This document shows positions 18,775 to 28,543 of a stretch of 64,000 nt of DNA, in pieces. The notes under the pieces were generated by a model. It ran no database searches and was not told the DNA's origin. It worked only from the letters and a program-made list of their open reading frames with translations. The stretch comes from an uncultured Chloroflexia bacterium (GTDB lineage Bacteria > Chloroflexota > Anaerolineae > B4-G1 > SLSP01), in the NCBI GenBank assembly GCA_963751345.1, contig CAVVUS010000044.1, positions 1 through 64,000 of the forward strand, read 5' to 3'. Within the stretch, counting starts at the first letter, position 1; the number at the start of each line of letters is the position of its first letter. Position numbers and translations under genes: made by a program.

Positions 18775-20607
18775 CTACTGAGCGGGGCCCCAGAGCTCGA
18801 AATTGTCGAAGACGAAGACCGCCAGGCCATCGGTCGCCGCGGTGGAAATCGAGAGACCCGCCTCACCTGACGTCAGCACATCATCCTCGGCCACGTCAAC
18901 GGATTCGTTATTGATGTAGAGCTCGAACCGGTTTCCCTGACCGATGACGGATAGGGTGTTGACTGCCCCGGAGTTCACACCCGTCGTCTGTGTCCAGTCC
19001 ACGATGGGCTGCCAGGCGATGCCGGTCCAGAGACTGAACTGGTAGTAGCCGTCATCCCGCACGCTGAAGAGATAGTAGCTACCTTCAGTGTGACGCAGCA
19101 CCAGGCCATAGGCTGCACTCTCAGGGCCGCTGAGGCGCTGTACGTCCACGGTCACGTAGAAGTCCTCGACAGTGCCACGATCGTCGCCCAGTTCCGGCGT
19201 GCACCACCGTCCGACAGCTTGGGAGGCGTCGATCTCCCAACGATAGGTACCACCCGTGACCTGACGGCTGACGGTGCCCCAGTCGTCCTCGTAGTCGCTC
19301 TCGATCCAGTGATTTCCGTTGCTGTCAAAGGGATCGGTAACAACGGACTCCCAGTCAGCCGGAGGAGATGGCGCCAGGGCCACGGGCGGAAACAGAGTCG
19401 GCGTTGCCGTGGGCGCGGGGGTCTGCGTCGCGATCTGCGTGTCAACCGCCAGGGGTGCTCCTTCGGAAGCCGGTATGGCCGTGGTCTGAGGGCCGCCCAA
19501 TGGCGTCTCCACTGCTGTGAGGCCATCAGGTGTCGCGGGAGATTCGGTAGGCGCCGCTGCAGCACCCAGCAGCGGGAGGTCGATGCGTGGCATGCTCACG
19601 TTCTGGTTCAGCCACAGCCCCAGCAGTGCAGCTGCGAATATGACCACTGTAGAGGCGGCCAGCCCGGTAATTCTGGGCCACGGCGACTCTCCCTGTTTGG
19701 GGAGGAAGGGCGCCGGCTGTGGATTCTGCGCGTTGGCCGGCGCCGACTTCCGGCTGATGGCGTCGGACATCTCGGTAGCCGTCGGAAAGCGCCTGTCGGG
19801 CGGGAGTTCCATCGCCTTGAGCACGACGGCCCGCATCTCAGCATTGACACGGGGCGCGAGCGCCTTGACCTGCAGGAATCTGTACGGGTTGGCGGTCCGC
19901 TCGCCGGCAGTCAGCGGCTGTTCTCCCGTGAGGGCATGATAGAGTGTCGCACCGAGGCTGTAGATGTCGCTGCGGGCGTCGATCTGGCTGGTCTTCATCC
20001 CCCACCGTTCGGGAGGCGCATACTCAGGTACGCCCATCACGCGTTTGGCGGTCCAGGTTCGGGGGTCATTCGGATCCCAGAGGGCGATGATCTCGAAGTT
20101 GGTGAGCAGCGCGCGATCATCAGGCGTGATGAGGATGTTGGCGGGCTTGATATCGCGGTGGAGAACTCCCTGCTGGTGAGCATAGGCCAGCGCGTCGAGG
20201 ATCTGCTGAGACCAGGCCACCACGCGACTTCCCTTGAGCGCGCCCTCTCGCTTGATCATCTCGTCCAGGGTCTGGCCCGGCACGGCCTGGAGTATCAGAT
20301 AGGCGTTAGCCTCGGTGCCGATGGCTTGCGCACCGCTGCCCATATCGGCGGGAGAGCAGAAATGATCCAGGACCCGCACGATATGGGGATGGCGCAGGCC
20401 CTGCAGGAGCTCTGCGCTCTCGGCAAATGTCTGCTGGAGGTCCCGAAGCTCCGCCGGGCTGAGGTCCGGCTGGGAGATCAACTCTTTGATGATGACGGGT
20501 TCGCCGGCCTCCAGGTCCCAGCCGCGGTATTGGGCCTCCAGCGCGCCAATCTCCAGCATGCGGTCGACGCGATAGCGGTTGTGGAGGGTGGTGCCAAGGC
20601 TAAGCAT
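18775..20607 (-). CDS. Membrane Ser/Thr kinase-fold protein (probable pseudokinase) with PT linker and extracellular beta-sandwich domain
   Basis: LHNRY, IIKE, LRHPHIVRV, LHRDIKPANILI, YAPPE, SDIYSLGATLYHALTG. One TM helix, then a DUF1080/lectin-like domain (YGLV.R, N.LSV, LYIN). Confidence 0.9.
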   Translation of the reverse strand: MLSLGTTLHNRYRVDRMLEIGALEAQYRGWDLEAGEPVIIKELISQPDLSPAELRDLQQTFAESAELLQGLRHPHIVRVLDHFCSPADMGSGAQAIGTEANAYLILQAVPGQTLDEMIKREGALKGSRVVAWSQQILDALAYAHQQGVLHRDIKPANILITPDDRALLTNFEIIALWDPNDPRTWTAKRVMGVPEYAPPERWGMKTSQIDARSDIYSLGATLYHALTGEQPLTAGERTANPYRFLQVKALAPRVNAEMRAVVLKAMELPPDRRFPTATEMSDAISRKSAPANAQNPQPAPFLPKQGESPWPRITGLAASTVVIFAAALLGLWLNQNVSMPRIDLPLLGAAAAPTESPATPDGLTAVETPLGGPQTTAIPASEGAPLAVDTQIATQTPAPTATPTLFPPVALAPSPPADWESVVTDPFDSNGNHWIESDYEDDWGTVSRQVTGGTYRWEIDASQAVGRWCTPELGDDRGTVEDFYVTVDVQRLSGPESAAYGLVLRHTEGSYYLFSVRDDGYYQFSLWTGIAWQPIVDWTQTTGVNSGAVNTLSVIGQGNRFELYINNESVDVAEDDVLTSGEAGLSISTAATDGLAVFVFDNFELWGPAQ

Positions 20608-20654
20608 CGGGCTCGCCGCCCAAGCTTGGGTCGGCCCCCGCATCGAGGGCAGGG

Positions 20655-21689
20655 CTACAGCGTGCTGTCAAAGAGCCGGCCCTGCGCCAATCGATCATCC
20701 ACGATGCCCAGATGTTCATACGCCAGTCGTGTGGCCACGCGTCCGCGGGGCGTGCGCTCAATGAACCCCAGCTGAAGCAAGTAGGGTTCGACCACGTCCA
20801 TAATGGTGTCGGCAGCCTCGCCGATGGAGGCCGCAATCGTGTCGAGTCCGACCGGGCCGCCATCGAACTTGCGGATGATGGCGTCCAGAACTCGCCGGTC
20901 GAGATCGTCAAGGCCTCGGTGATCGATTTCCAGGAGCGACAACGCCTCAGTGGCGATATCACCGGTGATGACACCATCGGCCCGAACCTGTGCATAGTCG
21001 CGGACCCGCCGCAGGACGCGCAGGGCCACGCGCGGGGTGCCGCGACCGCGGCGCGCGATCTCGTCGCGTCCATCGGGCTCCAACGGCACGTGGAGTGCCT
21101 GCGCAGCTCGCGACACGATCTCCTTCAGAGCCTCCTGGTCGTAGAAGTCGAGGCGAAACACCGCGCCAAAGCGGGTGCGGAGGGGTGCCGAGAGTAAGGC
21201 GAGCCGCGTGGTCGCGCCCACCACCGTGAAGTGGGGGAGGTTCAGTCGAACGGAGCGAGCCCCCGGGCCCTGACCGATGACGAGGTCAAGGGCGAAGTCC
21301 TCCATCGCAGGGTAGAGGATCTCCTCCACGGCCTTGCCCAGGCGGTGACACTCGTCGATGAAGAGAACCTCTCGTTCGTGCAGGTTACTGAGGATCGCAG
21401 CCAGGTCCCCCGCACGCTCGATTGAGGGGCCAGCCGTGATACGCAGATTGGCACCCATCTCGCGGGCGATAATGTGGGCCAGAGTCGTCTTTCCCAGCCC
21501 CGGGGGACCGTAGAAGAGAACGTGTTCGATGGGCTCGGTACGTGCGCGAGCGGCCTCGATCAAGATGCGCAGGTTCTCGCGCACACGGTCCTGGCCGATC
21601 AGGTCATCCAGGCGGCGGGGTCGCAGGGCCCGATCCAGTACGATTTCCTCTGGGTCTGCTTCCGCGGAGATGGTGCGGCGATCATCCAT
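20655..21689 (-). CDS. ruvB: Holliday junction branch migration helicase RuvB
   Basis: [56 protein letters not shown]. Confidence 0.98.
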   Translation of the reverse strand: MDDRRTISAEADPEEIVLDRALRPRRLDDLIGQDRVRENLRILIEAARARTEPIEHVLFYGPPGLGKTTLAHIIAREMGANLRITAGPSIERAGDLAAILSNLHEREVLFIDECHRLGKAVEEILYPAMEDFALDLVIGQGPGARSVRLNLPHFTVVGATTRLALLSAPLRTRFGAVFRLDFYDQEALKEIVSRAAQALHVPLEPDGRDEIARRGRGTPRVALRVLRRVRDYAQVRADGVITGDIATEALSLLEIDHRGLDDLDRRVLDAIIRKFDGGPVGLDTIAASIGEAADTIMDVVEPYLLQLGFIERTPRGRVATRLAYEHLGIVDDRLAQGRLFDSTL

Positions 21690-21767
21690 GCGGCGACTTG
21701 TTCCTTTGTTCTAGGTCCATTCGCCTCTTTATGCCACGTTTCGACGATTTGGCAATGCAAACCACGC

Positions 21768-23069
21768 TCACGGCTCTAACATCGCGGGCTGACCGTTGAT
21801 CGTTATCGCGACGTCATCGACCGTCGAGAACTGGCGCAGCGTCGCCTCGATCTGCTCGCGGATCTGGGTCACCTGCAGGGCGCCGCCCGAGTGCGCGCCG
21901 AGCTCCACGGAGAAGTCGGCGTAGGCGACCCCGTCGATAATCTTGAGATCACGTATGGTGACCCGCTCGCCCCAGCCAGCATCGCGGCCCGGATATGCCA
22001 GCACGGCCTGTGGACTTGGGATGGCAGAAGTGAAGCCTTCGACGTTGCCGGGGACCGGGCCCCAGAGGAGTGCCTCGAGCGAGGCCCTGGCGATGCCCAG
22101 CGTACGGGGCACACGGATCGTCTGCGGGACTATCTCCTCGCCGCGGGTCCAGTAGACGTTCGTCGCCATCGTGTCAGGGTCCTGTGGGTTGAGGATCGTC
22201 AGCGGCTGCCACGCCAACGGGCTGCCATCGGGTGTGTGGATCTCCACCGCGGCGGCTTGCGTCGGGGGATAGTCCGGCCCTGCGCCGATGCGGTCGAGCG
22301 GAACAATCAGCAAGCCCCGACCATCGAGCCCACCAAGCGTCGTAAAGTCGTGGGAGAACTGGTTGCCATCCGCCCACCGCACGGTCACGTTGACCTGCTG
22401 CCCCGGTGTCCCGAGCCGAGCGAGCAGCTTGATCGGCAGCGTGACCTCTGCTCATCGGTGCAGGCTGCTCCACGTAGCCACCCCCGGGGAAGCCTGCCAG
22501 GGTGACGTCCTGGGAGGCCTGAGCGACGATGCTGCCATCGCGGGGGCTGTAGTCCGTGACCTCAACCCGACCGGCGCCGGGGATGCCGCCGTAGGTGATC
22601 GTTGCCTCAAAGGTCGCCGGCCCGCCGATGTCACCCTCGGCGATGATGGGTGTTTCGGCCGCAAGTTGTCCCTTGGCATCGAACACGCGGACCACCAGAC
22701 CGCCCTCAAACGGCATCACGAGCGTCTGACCGCGTACCAGCATGGGGTTGTCCACTTGTTGTCCCGGCCCGGGCACGACAAGCGTGATGGCCTGCCCGGG
22801 ATCGTCGGCGCCGCCGTGGGTGTGGGTGTGGCGGTTGGCGATGGCAGCGGCGTAGCCGTCGCGGTCGGGGTAGCGGTCGGCGACACGACGGTCGGCCCCG
22901 GTGCCGTGGTGGTGGGTCCGGCGGTTGGCTCGGTCTGGGCCTCGACGGTGGAAGCGGGTGTCTCCGTGACAACCCAGGGCAGAGGCGTCGGGGTCCCAGC
23001 GAATAGCCTGCAGCCTGCCAGCAGGGGCAAGAGTGCCAACAACGCCAGCCATCGCCGTGACCTGTGCAT
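21768..23069 (-). CDS. Lipoprotein with PT-rich linker, Gmad2 Ig-like domain(s) and C-terminal GerMN domain; two frameshifts (near 22795 and 22450)
   Basis: LLAGC lipobox in ORF 22716..23117; PFEGGLVVRVFDAKG in ORF 22174..23151; LEALLWGP..GFTSAIP..AYADFS..QIEATLRQFSTV in ORF 21768..22388. Confidence 0.78.
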
Positions 23070-23154
23070 AGCTATCCTCCCTCGTCTGTCCTGATGAAGG
23101 GTCTGGCCTCCCGGCACATTCCTGCCCGTGGGGCCAGACCCTCACGACCAAAAA

Positions 23155-24045
23155 CTAGCGATTGCCGGCGTCGATCGCCAGCGCGATGCCGCCGAGCACG
23201 CCCGCCTGGTTTTTCAGTTGGGGTGGCACGATGTACACATCGTTATCGCTGGTGATCATCGGAGATTGGATGTAGCCATGAAGGAGCGTTCTCACCTCAT
23301 CTCGAATCATCGGGAAGAGCCCTGACTGGTCCATCACGCCGCCGCCCAGGATGATGCGCTGTGGGGAGAGGGTGACGATGTAGTTGGTCAGGCCAAGGCC
23401 AAGATAGTGAGCCTCCAGCGCCCAGGCGGGATGGTCCGGCGGCAGGGTCTCCGCCCGCCGGCCCCACCTGGCCTCAATGGCCGGGCCACACGCCAGACCT
23501 TCGAGGCAGTCACCGTGATAGGGACACTGTCCCTCGAAGGGATCCTTTTCGAAGTCGTGCGGGACACGCAGATGGCCCATCTCGGGGTGCATCAGGCCGT
23601 GGATCATCTTCCCCTCAACGATGGCGCCGCCGCCGATGCCGGTGCCGACCGTCAGATAGAGGCATGAGTCCAGCCCCTGTGCGGCGCCCCAGCGGTGCTC
23701 GGCCAGTGCGGCCGCGTTGACATCGGTGTCGAACCCGACCGGCACGCCGAGGGCCCGGCCAACGGCCCCGCCGAACTCCGTGTGTGCCCAGCCCGGTTTC
23801 GGCGTCGTCGTGACGTAGCCGAAGGTGGGGGACTTTGGATTGGCGTCGAGAGGGCCGAAGCAAGCAATTCCGACGGCGCGCAGGCCGTCGAACTTGCGGA
23901 AGAAGTCAATCGCTTTGCCAATGGACTCATCGGGGCTGCCCGTCGGGTACCGGATCTCCTCGATGATATCGCCGGGCCCGGTGCCCACAGCGCAGACGAA
24001 CTTCGTGCCGCCGCCCTCGATACCGCCGTACAAGGTCTTAGTCAT
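23155..24045 (-). CDS. ROK family fructokinase (ScrK/GmuE type)
   Basis: [59 protein letters not shown]. Confidence 0.95.
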   Translation of the reverse strand: MTKTLYGGIEGGGTKFVCAVGTGPGDIIEEIRYPTGSPDESIGKAIDFFRKFDGLRAVGIACFGPLDANPKSPTFGYVTTTPKPGWAHTEFGGAVGRALGVPVGFDTDVNAAALAEHRWGAAQGLDSCLYLTVGTGIGGGAIVEGKMIHGLMHPEMGHLRVPHDFEKDPFEGQCPYHGDCLEGLACGPAIEARWGRRAETLPPDHPAWALEAHYLGLGLTNYIVTLSPQRIILGGGVMDQSGLFPMIRDEVRTLLHGYIQSPMITSDNDVYIVPPQLKNQAGVLGGIALAIDAGNR

Positions 24046-24401
24046 TGTGCTCGCTTTCTCTGGAGATGGTTGGGAACAGACGAGCGCGCGGTGGGTCGAT
24101 GGTGACTTCGTTATATTCCCGCGACCGATCTCGCTCGCTCCTGGGCAATTCTAGCACCCGGCGTTGAGAGCGCAAAGGCATGCACGGGCTGGTTCGCAGG
24201 ACCCAGCCACGTGGCGAGCCCGCAGACAGGCCGAAAGGGTAGGCTCCGATCCGGTCTGTGGTATAGTCCAGGTCGCGGCAGGGAACAGATACACTGTATG
24301 GAGGCGCCGGTGTAACCCGGCCGGCGTCCGAGCCACACCGGTTTGGTGCACCGTGCGCCTGGCCCAACAGCACGCCTGCCATCTGAAGGGGGATCGCAAT
24401 T

Positions 24402-25373
24402 ATGCTCCGTCTCGTAGGTCGTCGTCTGCTTCTTATCCCGCTCGTACTCCTCCTGGTCGACTTTCTGGGATTCGCTTACGCACACGTGGCCAGGCCGATT
24501 CGTGCTGCCCGGAATCCCTCGCTTGCAGGTCTGATCACCCCGACGCCGTTGTTTCCGGCCTATTTCGGCTATGTCGAGGGGTTCGCTCATCTTGACTTCG
24601 GCCGGATTCCCGGAAACCAGGCGCCCATCGTGGCGGTGGTCGCGCAGGCCGGGCCTGCGAGCCTGACGCTGCTTGGCATTGCGCTCTTGGTGGGCACTGT
24701 GTGCGGCGTTGGGCTGGGGATCGCGGCGACTCGTCGAAGCCCGCCTCGTACTGCGAACTGGCTGACGATGCTTACCACCGGGGGGCTGTCGATGCCCACC
24801 TTCTACCTCGGTACCCTTTTCATCATCGCTCATGCTCTACCTGACGATAAGGGGGGCTACAGGAGGATCGACGGTCCTGCCGACGAGCGGCTTCGGGTGG
24901 GACGCGCACCTCGTGTTGCCCGTAATCACACTCACGCTGCGACCCACAGTGCAGGTTGCGCAGGTGACCTCGACGTTGTTGGTGCAGGAGCTGGGCAAGG
25001 ATTATGTGATGGCCGCACGGGGTTTCGGCTACCGGTGGTATCGTATCCTGCAGCCGGACTCGCGATGCGCAACGTGCTCGCCCAGATCGTGCTGGCGCTC
25101 AACAATACCCTCCGCTTCATGGTAGGCGAACTCATCGTCGTGGAATACCTCTTCGGCTGGCCGGGCGTGGGGCGCTTGATCGCCAACACCCTGGTGCCCG
25201 CACAGCTCAGCAACCAGTCGAGCTCTCCGATGTTCCTCGACCCGCCGACGGTGGCAGCGATGCTGACGATCCTGGCCGCCGTTTTCCTCTTCGCCGATCT
25301 TGGGACGGCTGTCTTCGTTCGTTCGGTTGATCCTCGGCTCGGTTTGCTGCAGCCGGAGGTGGGCGATGTCTAG
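24402..25373 (+). CDS. Opp/Dpp-type ABC permease (DppB-like); compensating frameshifts near 24830 and 25060
   Basis: SMPTFYLG; HLVLPVITL and QELGKDYVMAARGFG (EAA loop) in frame 24832; IVVEYLFGWPGVGRL; VDPRL. Confidence 0.85.
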   Translation: MLRLVGRRLLLIPLVLLLVDFLGFAYAHVARPIRAARNPSLAGLITPTPLFPAYFGYVEGFAHLDFGRIPGNQAPIVAVVAQAGPASLTLLGIALLVGTVCGVGLGIAATRRSPPRTANWLTMLTTGGLSMPTFYLGTLFIIAHALPDDKGGYRRIDGPADERLRVGRAPRVARNHTHAATHSAGCAGDLDVVGAGAGQGLCDGRTGFRLPVVSYPAAGLAMRNVLAQIVLALNNTLRFMVGELIVVEYLFGWPGVGRLIANTLVPAQLSNQSSSPMFLDPPTVAAMLTILAAVFLFADLGTAVFVRSVDPRLGLLQPEVGDV

Positions 25374-27600
25374 CCTCAGTGCGAAGCATTGGGACTGTCG
25401 GTCCGCTATCGTGCGCCGGCGCGTCAATCGCCCGCTGATAATCTGGGACTGCGATAGTGGCCCTGGTGGTGCTGGCTGCCGTAGCCGGACCCCAACTTGC
25501 TCCTGCCGATCCCATGGCCGAGACCAAAGTGCATCAAGGTCGGGGATACGTGGGTGACGCCGCCATTCCCTGCGTTCATGGTGCCGGGGTTCCCGCTGGG
25601 ATCCGACGCCTTCGGCCGCGACCTGTTACAGCCGGCTTCTGTGGGCCGTCGGGCCCACGATGACGATGGTCGTCACCGTCGCGAGCCGTCCGGCTGGTGC
25701 TAGGCGTCATCGTCGGTCTCATCTCCGGATGGTCGGAGGGGCGCCCGGCGCACGCCCTGACCTCACTGACGGCGGCGGCACTCTCCGTGCCGACGTTGAT
25801 CGTGGCGCTGGTCGCGATTGCGGCCATTGGCGTCGAATGGGGAATCTGGGCCTTCATCATCGGGCTGTCGGTCACGGGATGGGCGGAGAGCGCCCAGTCG
25901 ATCCGGGAGAAGGCGCGCGAGCTTCGTGGGGAGGAGTTCATCGCCGCGTCACGTGCCCTAGGTGCCAGCCAGAGCCAGATCCTCGTCAGCCACACGTTGC
26001 GTCACGTGATGCCGATGGTCTGGATGCTGATGGCGTTCGAGATCGGAAACACGCTGACGGTGACGGCCGCGCTGGGTTTCCTGGGCTACTTCATCGGGGG
26101 CGACGTTTGGATCGAGGTGAGCGACTTCGTCGCCCGACGCGTCAGCGGCGCGCCGGAGTTGGGTCAGATGCTCGCGACCTCGCAGGTGAACATCCTCCAA
26201 CCCTGGGCGATGTTCGCCGTGGGCACGGTGGTCTTCATCACGGTGCTGGGTTTCAACCTCCTGGGGGAAGGGCTGCGACGCCGGCTGGCATTGAAGCAGG
26301 CTACAAGGCGTACGTTCTATGGGCTGTTGGTCTCCGACGTCCTGCCCTGGGTCGACGCAGCGATGGTCGGCCCGGCCCGCAGCAGGGGCACGTCGCCACC
26401 CCGTTGTGGCGGGCGCGCTGGCGTTCATCCTCGTGGCCACGCCGGTGGGCCTGGTGGCGTGGCATTCACTCGAGGGGGCGTCAGGGGAGGCGGTACTGGA
26501 GACAACTGACCAGGCGTGGGCCTCGGATTGGCACGACGTCTACGGCACGATGCACACGAGGGCTATCGGCCCACAGAACCCGCACGTTCTCTGGGTCTAT
26601 AAGACGCCAGACGGACTGAGCGGCGGTCCGGCAGTCTCCGCCGACGGCGCGCTCTACGTGAGCGGGAGAGGCGGCTCGTTGGCCTCGATCTCGCCGAGTG
26701 GTGAGTTGCTGTGGACCACGTCACTGGTGACCTCGACCATCGGTGGGCCTACGTTGGTGGGTGGCACAGGAGGCGCTGCCGTTTCCGTCTACGTTGCCGA
26801 CGTCGAGGGCGGCGTCACGTCGGTCAGCGGCGAGGGCGAGGTTTTGTGGCGCCAGGTACCCGAGATCCAGCGGGTCGCGACCAGCGGGCCCATCGTAGGG
26901 CCAGACGGCACGGTCTATATCGGCTACGGCAGCAACTTTCGGGCCCTTACTCCTGACGGTACGGAGATCTGGACGACAGAGATGCGCTATGGCATGTACG
27001 ACCTGCCCCCTCAGCTGAGCTGGAATGGTCAGTGGGTCTTCCGCCAGGACCAGGTCGTGGAAGCCGCGACGGGCGCCATCGTCGATTGGGCGTCGACCGA
27101 GGGCGTCGATGCTTACATCACCGGCGAGGACGCCGCACGTATGCCCGTAGCGGCAACTTGGTGATGACCTTGTCCGAGACGAAGGACGGCGATGTCGAGG
27201 TAGCGGGTACCACACGCTGGGACTCCGGCGCTTTCACGTTCATCCGGCCACGATATGCGGGTGTCACCAGCGACGGCGTGATGTGGCTGGGCTACGTGTC
27301 GTACCGGAACGCCATTTTCGTCTGGCTGAGCCCTGATGGGCGGGTCTACAATCAGGCCCAGACTCAGCCCAGCTTCAGGGCGGCGCGCTCATCGGCCTGG
27401 ATGGTGATAAGACAGCCTATTTCTGTGGCACCTTACGTGATGGGACGGACCGGTGCTATGCTTTGACGATGACCGGCGCCGACTCGCTCTGGGAGTTGGA
27501 TCTTGGTCGTGACATGGTGATCGCGGGTGGGGCCATTGTCGATGGACGGCTCTACGTCGCCACCCTGGAAGGGACGCTGTTCGCACTCGGGGATAAGTAA
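25366..27600 (+). CDS. Opp/Dpp-type ABC permease (DppC-like) fused to a PQQ/BamB-like beta-propeller; several frameshifts
   Basis: FPLGSDAFGRDL, EFIAASRALGAS, LGFLG, PELGQML, FNLLGEGLRR. Then an extra TM helix and repeats GPAVSADGALYV..GELLW and GPIVGPDGTVYIG..GTEIW. Ends DGRLYVATLEGTLFALGDK* at 27600. Confidence 0.75.
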
Positions 27601-27709
27601 CGTCCGAATGGCATCGGGATCTTCCGGAAAGGGTGCGCGCATGACGCTGCGTTGTCATCCTACCAAGCTTGTCTATACTTGGCGACACACTTGACTCAAT
27701 GCTGGAGGG

Positions 27710-28420
27710 ATGGCTATGCCGATCCGTAGTGGACTCGATCAGGAACTGAACCAGTTGCGCGACATGCTTTTCCGGATGGAGGGGCTCGTCAACGAATCGC
27801 TGCGGAGGGCGATGGAATCGCTGAAGAAGCGGGATGACGAGCTGGCGCAAGCCGTCATACGCGATGACGCCGTCGTGAACCAACTGCGCTACGACATCGA
27901 GCAGTTCTGCGTCAATACGATTGCGACCCAGCAGCCTGTCGCCACGGACTTGCGCACGATCATGGGCGTTGTTCACGTCGCGGTGGAGATGGAACGTATG
28001 GGGGACCACGCGACAGGCGTCGCAAAGATCACGCTGAAGATATCTGACGAGCCGCTGCTCAAGCCGCTCATCGACCTGCCCCGGATGGCCACTATCGCGA
28101 CCGAAATGCTTCACGAAGGCGTCCGGGCGTTCATCAACAATGACGCCGAGAAGGCCCGAGGGATTATCGATCGCGATGACGACGTCGATGCGCTGCACGA
28201 CCAGATCTTCCGTGAGCTGCTGACCTACATGTTGGAGGATCCCACGACGATCCGCCGAGCGACGCATCTGATCTGGGCGTCCCACGCCGTGGAGCGCTAC
28301 GCTGATCGTGCCACGAATATCGCCGAGCGCACGCTGTTCGTCGCCACGGGGAAACTGGCCGATCTCACTTCAGAGTCGCTTGAGGTTGACCGCACGTCCG
28401 AAGAACTACACGAGGACTGA
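27710..28420 (+). CDS. phoU: Phosphate signalling complex protein PhoU
   Basis: QQPVATDLR, EMERMGDHA, KPLIDLPRM, DDDVDAL, ERYADRATNIAE. Confidence 0.96.
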   Translation: MAMPIRSGLDQELNQLRDMLFRMEGLVNESLRRAMESLKKRDDELAQAVIRDDAVVNQLRYDIEQFCVNTIATQQPVATDLRTIMGVVHVAVEMERMGDHATGVAKITLKISDEPLLKPLIDLPRMATIATEMLHEGVRAFINNDAEKARGIIDRDDDVDALHDQIFRELLTYMLEDPTTIRRATHLIWASHAVERYADRATNIAERTLFVATGKLADLTSESLEVDRTSEELHED

Positions 28421-28434
28421 CGCACCCTTGGGCC

Positions 28435-28497
28435 GAGACCTTTGGGGTTTTCCTAGTCCAGCAAGCGCTTGCTCGACAAGGAAATCCCAAAGGTTTT
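28435..28497. terminator. Long hairpin between convergent phoU and GH127 genes
   Basis: ACCTTTGGGGTTTTCCT ... AGCAAGCGCTTGCT ... AGGAAATCCCAAAGGT. Confidence 0.65.
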
Positions 28498-28543
28498 CGT
28501 CGGCAGCGGATGGTCTTTTCGAAGAAGCTCTCCTGATCGTGTC

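Noticed and set aside
19090-20775. Long antisense ORFs (19090..20775, 40206..41621, 793..1659, 15116..16327 and others)
   Set aside because: Shadow ORFs opposite well-supported genes, expected at high GC; no motifs.
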